A stretch of 64,000 nt of DNA. It comes from Basidiobolus meristosporus CBS 931.73. Its lineage: Eukaryota; Fungi; Basidiobolomycota. The first letter of the stretch is position 1, and each line of letters opens with the position of its first letter. The notes below the pieces were generated by a model. The model had not been told where the DNA came from. It saw only the letters and a list, made by a program, of their open reading frames with translations, and made no database searches. Position numbers and translations under genes: made by a program. This document shows, piece after piece, positions 24,986 through 35,829 of this stretch. The DNA lies in contig MCFE01000033.1 in NCBI GenBank assembly GCA_002104905.1, positions 150,923 to 214,922 on the forward strand, read 5' to 3'.

Positions 24986-26663
24986 ATGTCTACCCACGAA
25001 GTCTCGGACCAAAAAGTCGAATCGGTCCCCGTCTCCTTGTTGCCCACCACTGTCCACGACACTTACATCGAGGATGACTGTGAGAAAAAGCGGGAGGTAA
25101 CTGAAGTGACTGAGGAAAAGAAGTCGCTTTACCAACGCTGCCGCATTTACATTCATATTGCCGCTGTATTGCTCTACACTGGCTACATGATTGCCGCGTG
25201 GATTCTCCATGGAAAGAAGACCCTTGTGGCCTCCTTGCTCTGGGCTTTTGTGTGTCTTAAGATCATGTTCTACCACGTTCCTACCTCCATTGTCGCCAAG
25301 CCATTGGGCTGGTTCTTCTCTCAGCTGATCTCATTTGCCATGAGATTCTCGAGCCGAGTTCGCTGGATTGTATCTGTTGTCTTCACCGTCGGTCTGATTG
25401 TTGGTGTCACCCTGGGACTACCCGTGCATGAAGGCCAAGGAACCTTGGTTGACAGAGTGAGATCGTTAGCCGGCTTGTTCGTGTTTGTGCTAGTGCTCTT
25501 CGCGACCTCCACCGACCGCAAGCGGATTCGTTGGGCCACTGTACTCTCGGGACTTTTGATCCAGTATCTTCTTGGTTTGTTCATCCTCAAGACCTCGGTT
25601 GGTTACGACATCTTCCACTGGATCTCGCACATGTGCACCACCCTCCTCGAGTTCTCCAACACTGGCTTCGCTTTCATTGTTGGCGATAAGGTAGCCGCCA
25701 TGGGAACGTTCGCTACTGGAGTTCTGCCAGCTGTCCTCTTCTTCGCTGCCATCGTGAAGGTCGTGTACTTCTTTGGAGGCATGCAGTGGATGGTGAAGAA
25801 GATCGCCTGGCTCATGGTCAGACTGATGAACACCAGTGGTGCCGAGTCCACCGTAGCCGCCGCCTCGCCCTTCGTTGGTATGGGTGAATCATCATTGCTG
25901 GTTCTTCCCTTCTTGGAAACCATGACCAAGTCAGAGATCCACTCCACCATGACATCAGGATTTGCCACCATCTCCGGCTCAGTGCTGGTCGGATTCATTT
26001 CCATGGGAGTCAACCCACAACCACTCGTCACCTCATGTGTCATGTCAGTTCCATGTGGTATGCTTATCTCCAAGATGCGCTATCCTGAGACTGGTGAGCC
26101 GGTGACCAAGGGCAAGGTTCGCATTCCACCCGCCCCCGAAGAGGAGTGTAACTTCTTGCATGCAGCTGCTAACGGAGCTGCTCAAGGTATCCACTTGGTG
26201 CTGTTGATTGCTGCCACCGTTCTTGCCTTCATGTCACTCCTTGCCTTGGTGAACGCTTTCCTTACCTGGTTTGGCAACTTCATCAACATCGATAACTTGA
26301 CTCTTCAGTTGGTCATGGGATACATCTATGTGCCATTCATCTGGTTTGTTGGTGTCGCCCAGAAAGGACGTGTTGACTGTGTCTCGCTTGATGGCCACCA
26401 AGACATTCGTCAACGAGTTCGTCGCCTTCGGTGAGCTCACCACCCCAGCTGTAGCTGATGCATTGACCGCTCGCTCCAAGCATCTTGCGGTGTACTGCCT
26501 CTGTGGATTCGCCAACTTCGGATCGATTGGTATTCAGATCGGATCATTGGGATCCATGGCACCCTCCCGCAAACAAGATCTTGCCGAACTATCGTTCTCA
26601 GCCATGTTGTGTGGCACCATGTCAACCTTGATGAGTGCCAACATTGCGGGGTTGCTGATGTAA
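24986..26663 (+). CDS. CNT: CNT copy 4; +1 frameshift near 26364
   Basis: Near-identical to copies 2-3; extra A (cagaaagg vs cagaagg). Confidence 0.93.
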
Positions 26664-28187
26664 ACTGTGCCTTTACTTGGAAAGCGCAAACATTGCTTCA
26701 CTAATCAGCCAGATAGAGCGATGGAAAGAGTGTACATAGCCAGAATTTATCCATCAACAAAAATTTCCCAGCAAAATAGTATATTTTATAGAAAAACGAT
26801 TTACAGCTTACCATATATACATATATATATACCCTGACCCATTATTTGCCACATATTTGAATTCCACTACCCCTTATACATAAATAAATTGTTTAGTACT
26901 CTACTTCTCTGCATTCTCGTTACGTCCATTATTCACCACAAGTAGGATGGCTACTAAACCCGCTATTTTAAAGCAGGAGTTTCATGTTTGCCCTCTTGTG
27001 GTTATCAGCGTTATCTTACAATAGATATGCCTCCTCAGCCAACAATTTCTTTAACTTTGATCAGGTCGTAAAGAAATTAAACCCTAGAAGATGAGCAATG
27101 TAGTTTGCTTCTACCTCATTGTGTAAGTAAATCAACACGTGAAGGTTTCAACCGAAGGCACCCACTTATTTTACGTCCTCTATATCTTTTCACAATGTCA
27201 AATTTTTTGGAATTAGTGAGCCTTTCACAGGACTGCGCAGAGCATACACACAAGTTCGTCTTGATGTCATTAAGGACCCAGCCAAGAATCAATTAACAAG
27301 TAGTGCATTCATCGTTACTGGATCCGCACCACAGTTACCAACATATCTGGGTTACCCCCACACGTTAAGGGTTTGCAATTTAGGCTAACTGATTCCGCCA
27401 GCTTAGGGCAAACGCGGTATTAAAAGACATCTAATGCCCCTTTATGTAGTCAACATGTCGGAAAAGATTTGTTTTTTATCGTTTCATATGGTAATACATT
27501 ACAAGAATCCCTGGCCTTAGGAATTTGTTTAGAGTATAGAAAAATCCAGCGGCCACTTGAGGCGAAGGTTGAACCCATGATTGATGGAGAATATTAATGC
27601 TTACGCCTTGAGCAAAAGCGTACTCCAGGTGGGTGCATTTGTCGTCTGATCTAATCTACTGACCAAATATCCGTAATCTTATCTTGCTCGATAGAATGCA
27701 GATATTGCCTGATGCAAAGTAACCAAGTATGCGGTAAGGCCAATGATAATCAATAATCAAATCATATCGCGAAAATATCTGTTATCACGACGTGTTGGAT
27801 TTGATAAAAAGTCCTCATTGGTGGGCTTAAGACAGTTGGTAACTTGACCTCGGCATCTAATCCACTCGAATCAACAAATTAAGTATATCTAACCTCATAC
27901 AGTCAATATGAATTTGGTAACTGACATTTGAGACAACAATTTACCAAAATGATCGTTGATAATTGGAAGAAATCCCCATTCAGATTAATCTCGACCGGAG
28001 TCCAGGTGCGAGAAATTCCCATATTCGTCCGGCTACTTCAAGTGGGAACTCCCTGTTTACCGAGGAAATAAAGTTAGGTGTGCGTGATGAAGCGTACATT
28101 AGCGAATATAAAAGAACTCCAAGGTCGCACCTTCAATCTTCAAACCACAGGCTCTGCGTACTCTACCGACCCAACCTTGCTTTCCGT

Positions 28188-29874
28188 ATGGAGATTGAAA
28201 TGACAGTTCGCGAAGACCCGGATCAAAAGGTTGAATCTGTTCCCGTCTCTTTGCTGCCTACCACTGTTCATGATACTTATATCGACGACGAATGCGAGAA
28301 AAAAAAGGCCAGCGAGGAACCTGTGGTTGAAAAAACATTGTATCAGCGCTACCGACTTTACCTTCATATTGCTGCTGTACTGCTCTACACTGGTTACATG
28401 ATTGCCGCATGGATTCTTCACGGAAAGAAGACCCTTGTGGCCTCCTTGCTCTGGGCCTTTGTTTGTCTGAAGATCATGTTCTACCATGTCCCTACCACCA
28501 TTCTCACGAAGCCATTGGGCTGGTTCTTCTCTCGGCTGATCTCATTTGCCATGAGATTCCCAAGTCGAGTTCGCTGGATTGTATCTGTTGCCTTCACTGT
28601 GGGTCTAATTGTTGGGGTCACTCTGGGATTACCTGTGCATAAGGGTCAAGGAACCCTAGTCGACAGAGTGAGGTCGTTGGCCGGCATGTGTGTGTTTGTG
28701 CTAGGGCTCTACGCTACCTCCACTGACCGCAAGCGGATTCGTTGGGCCACTGTGCTCGCTGGTATTTTGATCCAGTATCTTCTCGGTTTGTTCATCCTCA
28801 AGACCTCGGTTGGTTACGACATCTTCCACTGGATTTCCAATCTGTGTACGACACTCCTTGAATTCTCCAACACTGGCTTCGCTTTCATTGTTGGTGATAA
28901 GGTGGCTGCTATGGGAACATTCGCCACCTCAGTTTTACCAGCAGTCCTGTTCTTTGCCTCCATTGTGAAGATTGTGTACTATTTCGGAGGAATGCAATGG
29001 ATGGTCAAGAAGATCGCCTGGCTCATGGTCAGACTGATGAACACCAGTGGTGCCGAGTCCACCAGTAGCCGCTGCCTCCCCCTTCGTTGGTATGGGTGAA
29101 TCATCATTGCTGGTCCTTCCCTTCCTGGAATCCATGACCAAATCGGAGATTCATTCTACCATGACCTCGGGATTTGCCACTATCTCCGGATCAGTGTTGG
29201 TCGGATTCATTTCCATGGGAGTCCATCCGCAACCACTTGTCACCTCATGTGTCATGTCCGTCCCATGCGGTATGCTTATTGCTAAGATGCGCTACCCCGA
29301 AACTGGTGAGCCAGTGACCAAGGGCAAGGTTCGCATTCCACCCGCCCCCGAGGAGGAGTGTAACTTCTTGCATGCAGCATCCAACGGAGCTGCGCAAGGT
29401 ATCCACTTGGTGCTGTTGATTGCTGCCACCGTTCTTGCCTTCATGTCACTCCTCGCCTTGGTGAACGCTTTCCTTACCTGGTTTGGCAACTTTATCGATA
29501 TTGACCACCTGACTCTTCAGTTGGTCATGGGATACATCTATGTGCCATTCATCTGGTTTGTTGGTGTCGCCCAGAAGGACGTGTTGACTGTGTCTCGCTT
29601 GATGGCCACCAAGACATTCGTCAACGAGTTCGTCGCCTTCGGTGAACTTACCACCCCAGCCATCGCTGATTCCTTGACTGACCGCTCCAAGCATCTTGCG
29701 GTGTACTGCCTCTGTGGATTCGCCAACTTCGGATCGATTGGTATTCAGATCGGATCATTGGGTTCCATGGCGCCTTCCCGCAAACAAGATCTTGCCGAAC
29801 TATCGTTCTCAGCCATGTTGTGTGGCACCATGTCGACCTTAATGAGTGCCAACATTGCAGGAATGTTGATGTAG
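28188..29874 (+). CDS. CNT: CNT copy 5; +1 frameshift near 29064
   Basis: Paralog starting MEIEMTVRE; extra A (caccagtag vs caccgtag). Confidence 0.93.
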
Positions 29875-30527
29875 ACGAACGGCCATAAGAAATGCAATCA
29901 TCGCAGGCATTGCTGTATAATTCGAGCAGAAAGAACGATGGATATAGTGTAGATCTGTAAATAGCTGAATTTAATATCATGAACAATAGATTCCAACATA
30001 TTCTATATGGAACGCCCGCTTATTCCTCACCTTTACATGGCTCTGTTTCGTATATGTCAGGAATTTCACTACAATTGATACATAATTAAATCGATTAGTA
30101 CTGTACGTCGCGCCTTCAGTTACCAATCGAGCATCATCTTATCTGTATCCTGGAGATATCCTGGTATCGTGCTTGATGTCTACCTATATGTCAAGTCCGA
30201 TAGTTGCCTAGCATCAAATCATTGCGCTTGGATACGAGTGGTAACAAATCACAAAGCGCACCTTCTCTCAAACATCCGAACCGCACTGATATGGCAAATC
30301 TAAATATACATAAATGTCTGTAATATGATTTTTTTGCTAGTCCAGATGCTCTATGTTACCATTTATTGCCACCAAGTTCCGATCAGAATTCCGCTGGAGC
30401 TACCAAAATAAAATTAAGCGTGTGTTGAGTAACGTACGCTCGAAACTATAAAAGGGCATCAAGTGGTGTAGCTCCTTAAGCAGATCACAAACTCCACTCT
30501 TTTTACCCTAAACGTTATAACATTCCC

Positions 30528-32210
30528 ATGGATTTAGAAATGTCAACTCGGGAAAACCAGGATCAGAAGGTTGAATCCGTTCCTGCTTCTCTATTGCCTA
30601 CCAACGTCCATGAAACCTTTGTTGAAGACGAGTCGGAGAAGAAAAAGAGTTCGGAGCAAGTGGTGAAGCCTACACTGTATCAGCGCTACCGACTTTACAT
30701 TCACATTGCTGCTGTGCTTCTCTACACCGGTTATATTATTGCCGCATGGATTCTCCACGGCAGACAGAGTCTCGTGGCCTCCTTGCTCTGGGCATTTGTT
30801 TGCCTTAAGATCATGTTTTACCATGTCCCTACTACCATTCTCACAACACCATTGGGCTGGTTCTTCACCTTCTGGATCGACTTTGCCATGAAATTCTCGC
30901 TGAGGGTGCGCTGGATAGTCTCCCTTGTTTTCACTGTGGCCTTGATTGTTGGTGTGACATTGGGATTGCCAGTGGATGAGAGCAAAGGTACCCTAGCTCA
31001 AAGAGGTCGATCATTAGGCGGCTTGTGCGTTTTCATTATCGTACTCTATGTCACATCGAAGGATCGCAAAAAGATTCGTTGGGCCACTGTCATTGTTGGA
31101 GTCCTTATGCAATATCTTCTTGGCCTGTTCATCCTCAAGACTTCTGTCGGTTATGACATCTTCAACTGGTTGTCACATCTGTGTACCACACTCCTTGATT
31201 TCTCCAACACTGGTATGGCGTTCATCGTTGGTGACAAGGTGGCCAATTCAGGATCATTCGCCACCGCAGTTTTACCAGCAGTTCTATTCTTCGCTTCTAT
31301 CGTCAAGATTGTTTACTTTCTTGGAGGTATGCAATGGATTGTCAGTAAGATTGCCTGGTTCATGGTTAGAGTAATGAGTACCAGCGGTGCTGAATCCACT
31401 GTTGCTGCGGCTTCGCCTTTTGTTGGTCAGGGAGAATCGTCATTACTGGTACTTCCATTCTTGGAAACCATGACCAAATCGGAGATTCATTCTACCATGA
31501 CATCTGGCTTTGCCACCATTTCTGGATCAGTATTGGTTGGATTCATCTCCATGGGTGCCGACCCGCAGACACTCATTACCTCATGTGTCATGTCAACTCC
31601 ATGCGGTTTAGCCATCTCTAAGATGCGTATTCCTGAGACTGGGGAGCCAGTTACAAAAGGAAAGGTTCATATTCCACAAACAGAGGAGAAGGAATCTAAT
31701 TTCCTACACGCTGCGGCCAACGGTGCCGCTCAAGGTATTCATCTGGCGCTTTTGATTGCGGCCACCGTTCTTGCCTTCATGTCGCTGCTAGCCTTGGTGA
31801 ACGCATTCCTTACCTGGTTTGGCCGCTTTATTAACATCGAGCAGTTAACCCTTCAGTTGATCATGGGATACATCTATGTTCCATTCATCTGGTTTGTTGG
31901 TATTCCCCAAGAAAATGTGTTGACTGTTTCTCGCTTGATGGCCACCAAGACATTCGTCAACGAGTTCGTCGCCTTCGGTGAGCTCACCACCCCAGCCATT
32001 GCCGACGTATTACTCCCTCGCTCCAAGCATCTTGCGGTGTACTGTCTCTGTGGATTCGCCAACTTCGGATCAATCGGTATTCAAATCGGAGCATTGGGAT
32101 CGATGGCCCCTTCACGTAGACAGGATCTTGCCGAACTGGCGTTCTCGGCCATGTTGTGCGGTACCATGTCGACCTTGATGAGCGCTACCATCGCTGGTAT
32201 GCTAATGTAG
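30528..32210 (+). CDS. CNT: CNT copy 6, intact 560 aa
   Basis: Uninterrupted ORF with all CNT motifs; FVGQGES variant. Confidence 0.96.
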   Translation: MDLEMSTRENQDQKVESVPASLLPTNVHETFVEDESEKKKSSEQVVKPTLYQRYRLYIHIAAVLLYTGYIIAAWILHGRQSLVASLLWAFVCLKIMFYHVPTTILTTPLGWFFTFWIDFAMKFSLRVRWIVSLVFTVALIVGVTLGLPVDESKGTLAQRGRSLGGLCVFIIVLYVTSKDRKKIRWATVIVGVLMQYLLGLFILKTSVGYDIFNWLSHLCTTLLDFSNTGMAFIVGDKVANSGSFATAVLPAVLFFASIVKIVYFLGGMQWIVSKIAWFMVRVMSTSGAESTVAAASPFVGQGESSLLVLPFLETMTKSEIHSTMTSGFATISGSVLVGFISMGADPQTLITSCVMSTPCGLAISKMRIPETGEPVTKGKVHIPQTEEKESNFLHAAANGAAQGIHLALLIAATVLAFMSLLALVNAFLTWFGRFINIEQLTLQLIMGYIYVPFIWFVGIPQENVLTVSRLMATKTFVNEFVAFGELTTPAIADVLLPRSKHLAVYCLCGFANFGSIGIQIGALGSMAPSRRQDLAELAFSAMLCGTMSTLMSATIAGMLM

Positions 32211-32800
32211 GCTACGGTTTTCTTGAAGATCTGTATATAGTATCAAATCATCAATATCTTTAAATCAAATTTTAATTATCCAACGGTAGTTTTAATAATT
32301 ATGTTACATACACCTTAATATTAACACCTGTACATATCACCAGTAAATATAACCACTCATTCATTTCACATTTACATTTCCGTATCTGTTTTGTCACTTT
32401 TTCTGATTCGGATTCATTTTGTTTTTTGGTTTCCATTTCTAAAAATATCCTAGTGCCTGAAGGAGATACTGATTTTCGGATAACACTGAAAATCCGAATA
32501 TCCGCACAAATCCTTGCGGTTTTCCCAATTTTTTTCCACTGCAATCGACAATCGCCAATCTAGAAAGAATTCGTGGAATTCAGGTGACAGCCAGATATGG
32601 TAATAACAGCTTTCTGGAATGGCTCGCATACCAAATCAGGGATATTTCCAGGGTTCAATTTAGGGATTGCCAAAAATGTTGCAATAATTATATTATGGTT
32701 TGTGGTTGGTGTGGTGCTAGGACATATGATTTTCGCTGCAGCAGAATCAAAATTTACATTGTACAACGAGATTCATCGGAATGCTATAGATGAGGACAGC

Positions 32801-34468
32801 CTACATTAGCATACCAGCGATGGTGGCGCTCATCAAGGTCGACATGGTACCGCACAACATGGCCGAGAACGCCAGTTCGGCAAGATCCTGTCTACGTGAA
32901 GGGGCCATCGATCCCAATGCTCCGATTTGAATACCGATTGATCCGAAGTTGGCGAATCCGCAGAGACAGTACACTGCCAAGGACTGAGTACGTGGAAGCA
33001 ATTTGGCAACCATTTCTTTGCTGGTCAGTGTTCCAAAGGCCACAAACTCGTTCACAAACATCTTGGTAGCCATCAGACGAGCTACATCCACGCAATCGCG
33101 CTGAGGAATGCCAACAAGCCAGATGAATGGAACAAAAATATATCCCATAATCAACTGCAGGGTCAAGTTGTCAATGTTGATAAAGTTCCCGAACCAAGTG
33201 AGCAGAGCGTTCACCAAAGCAAGAAGTGACATGAATGCAAGCACCGTAGCTCCGATCAAAAGTGCCAAGTGGATACCCTGGGCCGCACCGTTGGCAGCAG
33301 CGTGTAGGAAATTGGCTTCCTTGTCCTCAGAAGGTGGGATACGCACTTTTCCTTTTGTAACTGGCTCTCCAGTCTCGGGGATACGCATCTTCGAGATGGC
33401 TAAACCGCAAGGGGTTGACATGACACAGGAGGTAATGAGAGACTGGGAATCAACGCCCATGGAGATGAATCCAACCAACACTGATCCAGAAATGGTGGCA
33501 AAACCGGACACCATTGTTGAGTGAATCTCGGCCTTTGTCATGGTTTCTAAGAACGGTAGAACCAGTAATGCCGATTCACCTTGGCCAACGAAGGGAGAAG
33601 CAGCGGCAACAGTGGATTCCGCTCCGCTGGTGCCCATAACTCTGACCATGAACCAGGCTACCTTTCTCACCATCCATTGCATACCTCCAAAGAAGTACAC
33701 GATCTTCACGATAGCCGCAAAGAAGAGCACAGCTGGAAGAACAGTGGTAGCGAATACCTTGGTGTTTGCAACATCGTCGCCAGCAATGAAGGCCAAACCG
33801 TTGTTCGAGAACTCGAGAAGAGTCGAGCACAAGTCAGATAACCAATGGAAAATATCGTAGCCAACCGATGTCTTGAGGATAAACAAGCCCAAGATGAACT
33901 GCATCAAGATGCCTACAATGACGGTGGCCCAGCGGATCTTCTTACGGTTGGACGAGGTTGCATATAGCACGAGAAGGAATACACATAGACCGCAAAGCGA
34001 TCTGACTCTGTCAACAAGGCTGCTGTGACCTTCTTTCACAGGAAGCCCGAGCGTCACACCGGCAATGAGGCCAACGGTGAAAATGATCGCGCTGATCCAG
34101 CGAACTTTACTAGGGAATCTCATGGCAAATCTAATCAAGGTCGAAAAGAACCAGCCCAAAGGCTTGGTAAGGATGGTGGTGGGCACGTGGTAGAACATAA
34201 TCTTTAACGAAACAAATGCCCAGATCAGCGACATGACAAGGGTGTCACGTCCATGAAGAATCCATGCGGCGATCATATATCCAGTATACAATACCACCGC
34301 AGCGATATGGAAGTAGAGACGATAGCGTTGATAAAGTGATCCCTTTTCCTCGGGCTTTTCGGGTTGCTTCTTTTCATCTTCATCAATGTAAGAGTCATTT
34401 GCAGTGGTAGGCAAGAAAGAGACCGGGACTGACTCCGTTTGCGCGTTTTGAGCTTCGTGGACAGACAT
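32801..34468 (-). CDS. CNT: CNT copy 7, intact 555 aa, inverted (convergent with copy 6)
   Basis: Uninterrupted ORF; FVGQGES, KMFVNEFVAF, LCGFANFGSIGIQIG. Confidence 0.96.
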   Translation of the reverse strand: MSVHEAQNAQTESVPVSFLPTTANDSYIDEDEKKQPEKPEEKGSLYQRYRLYFHIAAVVLYTGYMIAAWILHGRDTLVMSLIWAFVSLKIMFYHVPTTILTKPLGWFFSTLIRFAMRFPSKVRWISAIIFTVGLIAGVTLGLPVKEGHSSLVDRVRSLCGLCVFLLVLYATSSNRKKIRWATVIVGILMQFILGLFILKTSVGYDIFHWLSDLCSTLLEFSNNGLAFIAGDDVANTKVFATTVLPAVLFFAAIVKIVYFFGGMQWMVRKVAWFMVRVMGTSGAESTVAAASPFVGQGESALLVLPFLETMTKAEIHSTMVSGFATISGSVLVGFISMGVDSQSLITSCVMSTPCGLAISKMRIPETGEPVTKGKVRIPPSEDKEANFLHAAANGAAQGIHLALLIGATVLAFMSLLALVNALLTWFGNFINIDNLTLQLIMGYIFVPFIWLVGIPQRDCVDVARLMATKMFVNEFVAFGTLTSKEMVAKLLPRTQSLAVYCLCGFANFGSIGIQIGALGSMAPSRRQDLAELAFSAMLCGTMSTLMSATIAGMLM

Positions 34469-35829
34469 TTTTGGTCACGAATCTTTGGTGGAAAGTGTAG
34501 AAATTGTAAGAGTAGAAGAGAAGAATGGTTTGCGGATAATCAGGTAAAAGCACTTTTATAGGCTTCGATAAATTTTCCAAACCACCCTTCCTAATCTGGA
34601 TCATTTCTTTATAACGAATAATCTTAACATTGTTTGACTAGCGCCCCGATTCGAATGTTAATTCATTTTGAATGATACCATAAAGAGAATACTGGGCTTC
34701 AATTCACCACAATCGTCGGTTCTTGATGCCCCTCGACCCTATTGGATTCGATCAAAAAATTTCTGCTCCAAATACAGCAACGTCTCAAACAATGATTCTT
34801 CCCGCTCATTAGAAGTGCTTGAGAGTGCTAACAAGAGCGCTTTACCTGGAATGCTCTTTTTATTGCCATCGCATCAGCGGTTCCCTCTTTTTCGCCATAT
34901 TTGTCTCTTTAATCCTGGGAAAGAGAGGATGGTGTTACCGCTGAAAGCCACAGCATAATACGGCACACGAGAATAGAATTTCCCTGCATACATGTCAAGC
35001 CCTATATGGGTCATTCGCGTTGAAGTGCGTATTTCTATGAGCTTTCGGTTACTCCACTCGCATTATACATATCGAGTCCTTTGCCTCGTTACCTTCACAT
35101 ATCGAGTCTGAATTCTTTGCCGACGGTTGCTTTTCGCATATCGAGCCTAGCGCCTAAGGACTTTGAGTGCAACCATGCATATTCCGGTCCCTCATCGATG
35201 CTAATGCTTATTTATAGCTGGTCGTTGACTACGTATATATTCCACCCCAGCACCAAGTACCGAGTGAATATTCATTCATTGGCTCTTGAGCACGGTGACG
35301 CAGGCAATCATCAACGACCTCAAAAGAGAAAAATGAGGGCAAAAAAGGAATCTCCGATGAGCTGCCCAGTCCAATCCTTGGCAACTCCGGTGTGGACACA
35401 ATACCATTACTGGCATCGAAGTGCTAATTTCTCAGGATCAGAAATTTATCCATTTTGAGGTTCTCTTGACGAGGAATTTCTTGCTATATCCATACACCTG
35501 TCCTACAGCGCCATCACATGGTCTACCATGGCAACTGCCCATCTTACACAGTAAGGAGGCTTGTAAGATGCTGATCTTTGCCAACTAAGTACCGCTGCCA
35601 GTAGGTCAAGCAATCTCTCGCTAACCAACACTGTCGACTGTGACCTGATAAATTGCCGGAGGACCAAAATGGTAAAATTAAGTATCACGAATTACCCATG
35701 TAATGAGCTAACGGTGCAGTGAACTAAAGAGATTCCGCTGGTGTGAAGCGTCTTGCGGAGGTAAGAAAGTATAAAAGTTCCCGTGCTATTGATCAGAACT
35801 TCAGAAAGCGTCCAATTCTCTTAGTCCCT

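Larger units (their letters stand above)
16996..34560. promoter_or_regulatory. Conserved TATAAAAG box upstream of each of the seven CNT genes
   Basis: TATAAAAG at 16996, 19334, 22153, 24893, 28107, 30447 (+) and 34553-34560 (-), about 75-95 bp before each start; copies 2-4 also share about 330 bp of upstream sequence. Confidence 0.75.

Noticed and set aside
17601-33860. Recurrent antisense and alternative-frame ORFs in the CNT array (e.g. MEISIPHG..., MANPQRQY...)
   Set aside because: Shadow ORFs that recur only because the CNT coding sequence is duplicated.
17070-34468. Recent bacterial transfer of nupC to explain the lack of introns
   Set aside because: The proteins have the eukaryotic N-terminal TM extension and TATA boxes; nothing in the sequence supports recent HGT.
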